13,068 bases of DNA, from the IMG/VR virus record IMGVR_UViG_3300033156_001279, positions 1 to 13,068 of that record. The stretch is one strand, 5' to 3'. Below are positions 6,261 to 11,800 of this stretch, one piece after another. How positions within the stretch are numbered: position 1 is the stretch's first letter; each line of letters opens with the position of its first letter. The position numbers and the translations under genes were made by a program. Below the pieces are notes generated by a model. That model was not told the DNA's origin. It searched no databases and was given only the letters and a program-made list of their open reading frames with translations. Origin of the DNA: a virus. Taxonomy: Duplodnaviria > Heunggongvirae > Uroviricota > Caudoviricetes.

Positions 6261-6450
6261 AATATTCTGTGACTCTTGCGGAGAGGAAATAAAACAGGGT
6301 GCTTTGCTTTCTAGATTTATAAGTTCAGAAAAGGTTTCAGTTTTTAATCCACAACAGAAAGCTATTGAATCTGAATTTAAGCAGGTGGATTATTATTTAT
6401 GCAAGAAATGTGCTGATAAAATTATTCAAATGATTAAAAAAGAGAAATGA
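6250..6450 (+). CDS. Small C4 zinc-binding protein
   Basis: IFCDSCGEEI...YLCKKCADKI. ATG at 6250 (11-nt overlap with the peptidase) is preferred over 6232. Confidence 0.65.
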   Translation: MPLKIFCDSCGEEIKQGALLSRFISSEKVSVFNPQQKAIESEFKQVDYYLCKKCADKIIQMIKKEK

Positions 6451-6474
6451 ATAAGACATAATAAGTTCAAAATT

Positions 6475-6933
6475 GTGGGATATCCAAAAAGACTCACTAA
6501 AGGTCGAGTTGAATGCAGACCTAAAATATTTCAATCTGAAATATTTCCTCAATCTAGCTTTGCATGTAATCAAGAATGCATTTATTATATATTTTGTAAA
6601 ATGGAATTAGAAAAAAAGACATTAGGCGACAGACTAAAAAATCTTAGACTTTCCTTTCAAATGCCCTATTATTTTTTTTCAATGGTCAGCAACGGAGAGA
6701 TTATGCTAATTCTTGAAAATGATGAGGGTAAAAGAAGATCATTTAGAGGAAAAACTATAGTTAAATCTGTAGAAAAGGCTGAGAACTTTCTTGAAAGAAC
6801 TAAAGAACGGAAGGAAAAAATTCCTAAAAAGGAGGAAAAAAAGGATAAAATTGAAAAAGAAGAGAATAAAGAAAAGATTACCAAGGAAAAGATTACCAAA
6901 GAGAAAAAGGAAAATATCAAAAAAAGGAAATAA
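6475..6933 (+). CDS. Hypothetical protein with Cys-rich N-terminus and K/E-rich low-complexity tail
   Basis: GTG start (ATG at 6601 is an alternative). The tail includes a 15-bp tandem repeat gaaaagattaccaa(g/a) at 6871-6900. Confidence 0.55.
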   Translation: MGYPKRLTKGRVECRPKIFQSEIFPQSSFACNQECIYYIFCKMELEKKTLGDRLKNLRLSFQMPYYFFSMVSNGEIMLILENDEGKRRSFRGKTIVKSVEKAENFLERTKERKEKIPKKEEKKDKIEKEENKEKITKEKITKEKKENIKKRK

Positions 6934-6953
6934 GAAATAAGATTTTAATATGG

Positions 6954-7111
6954 CTTCTCATCTACTCTGGTAAATGTCTATCCCAGATACCAGATAAATT
7001 GTGAGAAGGAGTAGAGGATTATCCTAAATCTACAAGCCTGCCTGAGGTTTATATTCAGGTTGGATAGTGGGTGCGAAAGTTATAGTTGCGGATACAGTTG
7101 GCTTCGCACCC
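6954..7111 (+). ncRNA. Candidate structured non-coding RNA (four consecutive hairpins), family not recognised
   Basis: Inverted repeats: 6954-6960/7002-7008, 6966-6972/6988-6994, 7011-7015/7029-7033, 7041-7045/7055-7059 and 7069-7077/7103-7111. No useful ORF, more GC-rich than the flanks, and it abuts a terminator. The strand is inferred. Confidence 0.4.
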
Positions 7112-7113
7112 AA

Positions 7114-7149
7114 AACAAAAAAAAGCCCTATATAAGGCTTTTTTTTGTT
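7114..7149. terminator. Bidirectional Rho-independent terminator
   Basis: aacaaaaaaaagcc-ctatataa-ggcttttttttgtt is a perfect 14-bp inverted repeat with an A8 tract before and a T8 tract after the GC core, lying between convergent gene blocks. Confidence 0.9.
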
Positions 7150-7165
7150 ACAATAAGAAATAAGA

Positions 7166-7222
7166 GGAGAGGAAGCAAAATAATGATTTTAAAGGGGGTA
7201 GCGTCTTCGTTTCTCCCTCTCC
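7166..7222 (-). other. 10-bp stem with large loop in the HNH 3' UTR
   Basis: On the - strand, GGAGAGGGAG (7222-7213) pairs with CUUCCUCUCC (7175-7166) with one G-U pair. It starts 4 nt after the HNH stop. Confidence 0.5.
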
Positions 7223-7226
7223 TTAT

Positions 7227-7778
7227 TTAAAAATGATTACTTTTTCTTATATTTTCCATCTTCTCCATTGGTTGTAGATTTGCCAAACTCCAACAATCCT
7301 TAAATGCTTGGTCTTTTGGGGTTTTGTAACCAAATAAAGATTTTGGTTTTCGGTGATCGATACTCCAATAACTCCCATAATTATTCCAATTCATATTTTC
7401 ATCAAAATTAAACTCAAGTCGTTCCATTAAATCTTCTAAAGTATATCCCACTAAACTTTCCCATTTTCTTCCTGCTTTATTCCTGTTTAATGCCTGACGA
7501 ATTTGAGCCCCTAAATCTTTATCAAGACGAAATCTTATATCTATTTTTCTTCGTTCTCTTTGATATATTACACTTCTTCGGTTTTTTCTTTTTTTATGTT
7601 TCAAATATTGCTGTAATATTCTCTCTCTATTTTTTTGATACCATTGTCGTCCTTGTCTATTAATTCTTTTTTTATTTTTCTGATAATATTCTTTATTATA
7701 CTCTCTACATTTTTCTTTATTTTTCTGATAATATTCTCTTCTCTTTTTTCGTTTATCTTCTTTGTTTTTGTAAGGCAT
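7227..7778 (-). CDS. Free-standing HNH endonuclease with N-terminal basic (EYYQKNKE-type) repeats
   Basis: C-terminal MNWNNYGSYWSIDHRKP...CWSLANLQPMEKMENIRKSN matches the phage 'W.NYG..WhIDHi.P...c.hy.NLQPlwa.eN..K' HNH family. The start at 7778 (MPYKNKEDK) is preferred because the track's 7895 start lies upstream of the gene's own promoter. Confidence 0.8.
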   Translation of the reverse strand: MPYKNKEDKRKKRREYYQKNKEKCREYNKEYYQKNKKRINRQGRQWYQKNRERILQQYLKHKKRKNRRSVIYQRERRKIDIRFRLDKDLGAQIRQALNRNKAGRKWESLVGYTLEDLMERLEFNFDENMNWNNYGSYWSIDHRKPKSLFGYKTPKDQAFKDCWSLANLQPMEKMENIRKSNHF

Positions 7779-7793
7779 AATACTTATAATTAA

Positions 7794-7847
7794 ATGCCCC
7801 CTTAACCTGCTGGGTCTTGGGGGCATAAATAGCAAAACCCAGCAGGT
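7794..7847 (-). promoter_or_regulatory. Structured 5' leader of the HNH gene: two interleaved inverted repeats
   Basis: acctgctgggt (7805-7815) / acccagcaggt (7837-7847) and atgccccc (7794-7801) / gggggcat (7819-7826), in A-B-A'-B' order. Confidence 0.75.
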
Positions 7848-7860
7848 ATCATATTCTTTA

Positions 7861-7889
7861 ATTATAAGGTTTTTCAAATAAGATGTCAA
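7861..7889 (-). promoter_or_regulatory. Perfect-consensus sigma70 promoter driving the HNH gene
   Basis: On the - strand: TTGACA (7889-7884), 17 nt, TATAAT (7866-7861). Predicted start near 7854. Confidence 0.85.
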
Positions 7890-7929
7890 GGGCAATAGAG
7901 CTATTTTATTGCCCTTGACTTTTTTATTT
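7885..7929 (+). terminator. Rho-independent terminator-like hairpin with U-tract on the + (antisense) strand; may also end the late operon on the - strand
   Basis: gtcaagggcaata (7885-7897) / tattgcccttgac (7907-7919) is a 13-bp perfect stem, followed by ttttttattt (7920-7929). Confidence 0.7.
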
Positions 7930-8095
7930 AGGAGTCCCTCATTTTACGAATTATCACCTCAATTTCTTCACCTTCTCCTTTGATTTTCATAAAAAAGCGA
8001 ATATGATCAATTAGAGCTCTAATTCCTTTTTCACTCTTGACAATTACACGATAGAGAAATTTTTCACCCTCCATTTCAACCTGTTTCAGTGTCAT
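7928..8095 (-). CDS. Hypothetical protein (55 aa)
   Basis: AAGGAGG lies just upstream of ATG 8095 (MTLKQVEMEGEKFLYRVIVK...), so this start is preferred over 8164. Confidence 0.65.
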   Translation of the reverse strand: MTLKQVEMEGEKFLYRVIVKSEKGIRALIDHIRFFMKIKGEGEEIEVIIRKMRDS

Positions 8096-8126
8096 AGCGG
8101 GCCTCCTTAATCCCCCCGGGATTTTC

Positions 8127-8273
8127 TTATTTTGACAAAATTTCAGATGCTTTCCGAACTCCATATAGAATCAGGATTACCCCCAGAAATATATTCAATT
8201 CATAAAGTTCCAGGAGAAAAGCTAGACCATTCAGAGCCAGAAGAGAATAATATGCAAGATTTAAGGTTTTCAT
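8127..8273 (-). CDS. Small putative membrane protein (48 aa)
   Basis: Hand translation: MKTLNLAYYSLLALNGLAFLLELYELNIFLGVILILYGVRKASEILSK*. It has two hydrophobic segments, fills the operon gap and is not in the track. Confidence 0.55.
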   Translation of the reverse strand: MKTLNLAYYSLLALNGLAFLLELYELNIFLGVILILYGVRKASEILSK

Positions 8274-8304
8274 AAAATTAAGCTATTTTAACTTACTATG
8301 ACCT

Positions 8305-8508
8305 TTATTTATCTTTGGAATTCTCATTTTGAGACGTCTCTTTTTCATTTTTTCTTTCTGATATCAATTCATTTATTAACTGGATTTTCCCCCTTAATTC
8401 CAATATTTCATTAGAAAGAGCATTCCGATTGCTATCTAATCTTTGAAATTGGTTTACTTTGAGTTCAAGTTGTCTTGTAAGCTCTTCTCTTCTTTTTTCT
8501 AGATTCAT
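8305..8508 (-). CDS. Small coiled-coil protein (post-tail-fibre position)
   Basis: Heptad pattern LEKRREELTRQLE...LSNEILELRGKIQLINEL. It starts 1 nt after the upstream stop. Confidence 0.65.
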   Translation of the reverse strand: MNLEKRREELTRQLELKVNQFQRLDSNRNALSNEILELRGKIQLINELISERKNEKETSQNENSKDK

Positions 8509-8509
8509 A

Positions 8510-8782
8510 TTAATGAGTGAGTAAGAATACTATTAAACCAACCAAAATTGAGGAAAAAGCACCTAACACAAGTGTAAACAACCATGTGGGTCGCTGGTTC
8601 AAACATTTTTCAAGTCCTCGGACTATGGCTTTTAGATTTGAGATTTCTGTCTTAATCCATTTGATATCTGTTTGCATAATCCCACTCTCCTCATTCAGAA
8701 CTCCCAAGTGTTCCCTCATTCTCTCCACTTCATCATTTAATCTCTTCCAATCTTTGGAATTTGGACAATTTGAATTATTCAT
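8510..8782 (-). CDS. Coiled-coil protein with C-terminal transmembrane helix (XhlA/holin-like architecture)
   Basis: Coil LNEESGIMQTDIKWIKTEISNLK followed by RPTWLFTLVLGAFSSILVGLIVFLL, directly downstream of the tail-fibre gene, where such genes are common. Confidence 0.6.
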   Translation of the reverse strand: MNNSNCPNSKDWKRLNDEVERMREHLGVLNEESGIMQTDIKWIKTEISNLKAIVRGLEKCLNQRPTWLFTLVLGAFSSILVGLIVFLLTH

Positions 8783-8812
8783 TATCTAATTTTAGCAATA
8801 CTTTCAACAGGG

Positions 8813-11800
8813 TCAAGTATTCTTTAATTTGGTTTCTAAAAATTCGACCTTTTTAATAAGTTCTCTAACTGCCTGAATAACAACTCCCAAAGATTGAACA
8901 TGTTCGATTTCTTTCTTACCTTTGCCAGTTTTCTCTCCTTCTCTGGTGGCAAACATTTTCATTTCATCTGGAAATTGATTATCCTCAAAATAATGACGAT
9001 AACCATATTCACCTTTTCTTTTTTTCGGATCTGTGATTTTTTTTAAAACATCGATAGCTGAATTGTTTGTAGGTAAAGCACAGCTACCCTCATATTTTCT
9101 CCAAACTTTATACCATTTTCTCCAAGAATAACCTAATTCAAAATATGCATCCCTAGCAGGCCAAATATCACCCAAATCGCATATATGGTATCCTCCATTA
9201 CTTTTCCAACAGTCTTTTAAATTTGCTAAAGTACAAGAACTCAAATCTGAACAGGAGAACTTTTCAGCCGATGGCCAAGTAGACCTGCAATATCCACTTA
9301 AACAGAGAGTTCTTGCATAAAGATAATTTATATTAGTAATACTGTGACCTCCCATGCTGTAATTTCCATTTGCTGTTCCTAAGTCATTTAATTGACAGGA
9401 ACTCAAGTTCGAACAAGAGAATCCAGCTTGACTATCCACATATGCTTTTGTTGCCGCATCCGTGCTATAAGAAGGAGTCCCGAGATTTTTAATCCTATTA
9501 CCATGCATGTCCATTATGGTATCAATCTCTACCTCATTACCAATTACAGCCTTTGCATCTCCTCCTCTAGAAAAACCAATTGCACCACTACTTCCACTAT
9601 TTATAAGAATATCGGAAACAGATTGATCACCTGTAATCAAAAGATCATAATTACTAGCATATAAATGAGCTGAAACTCTATTGGATGAATCTAAAAATCT
9701 TAACCAATTTCCAGCTTCCACAGAAGAAGCTCCTAGTTTACCAGAAAAATAAGCATCTCCAGTACTGCTGATAAAGAAACTTGTACTGCCACTCCTTCGT
9801 CCAAAAATTCCACTTTGATCAATTCGAACTCCTGAATAAGGCAAATTTCGACTATCCAAATCATTGGTAACAATTCCTTTAGTTATTTGATAATTAACAT
9901 CTAGACCATAATAAGCTCGTTTAGCTCCAATCTTTTCATTGCTAGTGACAAATCTGTTGTTAGGATCCTGAATAATATCAGCAGAATTATCACTCGATTT
10001 TTGGAAAGCATCATTAGCCCTATCTCTTATTAAACTAGCAATAGTATCAACGATTGTAGCTCCTCCTAAAATAGTCCCTCCGAATGTCCCTGTAGCTGCG
10101 GTTAAATCCCCAGAAAAAGTGGCATTCCCTAAATTATCAACTGTAAATGTATTAGTTGGAACACCATTAATTTCTTTCTTAGCCAAAATTCCAGTTGGAG
10201 AAATCCAAAGACCATTGTTAGCATCAGTTGCGATTTTTAATGCTCCTGATTCAGTAAAAGTAAATTCACCTTTGATATATCTAGCAGAGGTATCTAATCT
10301 ATCATTAATCAAATCAGTTGTTAAATTATTGGAACTATCTAATGCATCCCAGGCTCTAGTCGATCCTTCCCATTGGTAATCGGGAACCACTGCAAGTTGT
10401 TTTGGATTCTGAATTGCCGAACCATCAGTATTTTCATTTTTAGCTCCAGTGCTTATTAATATCTGCCCCTCCGGATTCAGATATAATTCATACCAAGTAC
10501 CTTCAGTAATAGGATAGGGTAGAGCATCAAAATATAAAGTTCTGATATTTGCTTTGAAATCAGTTACAGTTCTTGTAAGTCCCATATTATCACCTGAGAG
10601 TATTTTTAATTCATAACCATTCCAGAAATCATCTGTTTCATTCAAAGCATTATCTCTTAAACTAGTAGAAGAACCTGCAGTTGCTTGAACTCCTCTCTTA
10701 CTTAATTTAGTAGTTTTTCTTAAGACTAGTTTATATATCTCATAAGAACAAGATTCATCAGTTGTATTGAATGGGTCATGTCCTTCAACAATTATCTCAT
10801 GTTCATAATTCTGAGCGATAATATGTTTTTCTGGCTTTGAACCTGGGTTCACCCAGAGGACATAACCCTTCCATTGGTCTTTTTTCCAATCAGCACCAGT
10901 GTCCACCAAACTATTTTCTCCTGCTTTTACTGAACCTGTTCCACTTGCTTCTGGAGAAGAGGGAGTATCTTTGTCTTTTCCGCACCAAACATTCTTTTCA
11001 TCCAAATAAAGATAATAAGTAGTATCAGAATCCATAGTTCCAGTACTTCCAGATTCTATCACTCTATCAACTCCATTCGGTAACTGAAAAGTCCCACCTG
11101 TCCAATTTATTTCCTCATTTGAAGGAGCAGTAAATTTAATATCTTCAGTTATCCAGTGCAAAGCACCAGGTTCTAATCTTGAGGCATCAATTCTGGTCAT
11201 AATATCTCCAAACCAAATTAACTGCCTGTCAATATATTCCCTATCAGTTTCTACTTGGGTGCTTAAATCGGGTCTTGGTTTTGATAATTCTAAGACTGCT
11301 TCATTGGGAGTTAAAATAATTTTTTGAATAACTAAAATATCATCTGGATACAAATCGGTGCCCTTTTTAGTATCTCTAATATTAACAGTTTGTCCCAGTT
11401 TAAAGCTCAAAATATCATAATTGGCATCTGAAACGGTGATAGTAAGTTCGGATTTAACATCTTTTGCTTCATTCAATCTGGCTTTAGCCAATAAATCAGC
11501 CTGAGTATAAGTAGAAACTTTGGAATCGGTTATTCTGTCAGCAATCCTGTCATATAATTTCTGAGAATCAGTATCTTTAGCAGTCGTCAGCACTTTCTCC
11601 CCAGTTCTTCCCTGCTCATTCCAGAAATAGACAGTATTGATTAAACCTTCAGTATTCTTCCTTAAAGATAAATTATCAATGTGCTTATTTATTTGCAAAG
11701 TATGGTCAGCACTAGCCGAAAGCTTTTTAAGATAGAATTTTCCATCATCTCCTAAGTAATAATACCAGTAGTTAGCTGCAGCTTGATTTTTAGGTAAGAA

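Noticed and set aside
6871-6900. 15-bp tandem repeat as a functional array
   Set aside because: There are only two copies, in frame within a K/E low-complexity tail, consistent with ordinary slippage.
50-6920. Minus-strand track ORFs 50-370, 2092-2304, 3676-3867, 3821-4039, 4730-4927, 4764-5006, 5649-5831, 5984-6166, 6669-6920
   Set aside because: They are antisense shadows of better-supported + strand genes. Their F/L/I/S richness mirrors the A-rich sense codons.
6950-7226. Group I/II intron, SRP RNA, hammerhead, c-di-GMP riboswitch or tRNA
   Set aside because: GTGCG and GGAAGCA occur, but there is no domain V AGC triad, P7 R/S elements, SRP helix-8 geometry, CUGAUGA/GAAA core or cloverleaf that I could identify by eye. 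An Rfam scan would be decisive.
7779-7895. 39-aa N-terminal extension of the HNH ORF in the track
   Set aside because: It begins upstream of, and runs through, the gene's own consensus promoter and structured leader.
7227-7920. IscB/HEARO (omega RNA) or TIGR-Tas system
   Set aside because: The protein has no RuvC motifs, PLMP N-terminus or Nop domain, and no periodic array is visible. The GTCAA/TTGAC ends are explained by the promoter and hairpin.
8517-11022. Plus-strand track ORFs 8517-8789, 9392-9664, 10119-10379, 10837-11022
   Set aside because: They lie antisense within the tail operon and have no motifs or expression signals.
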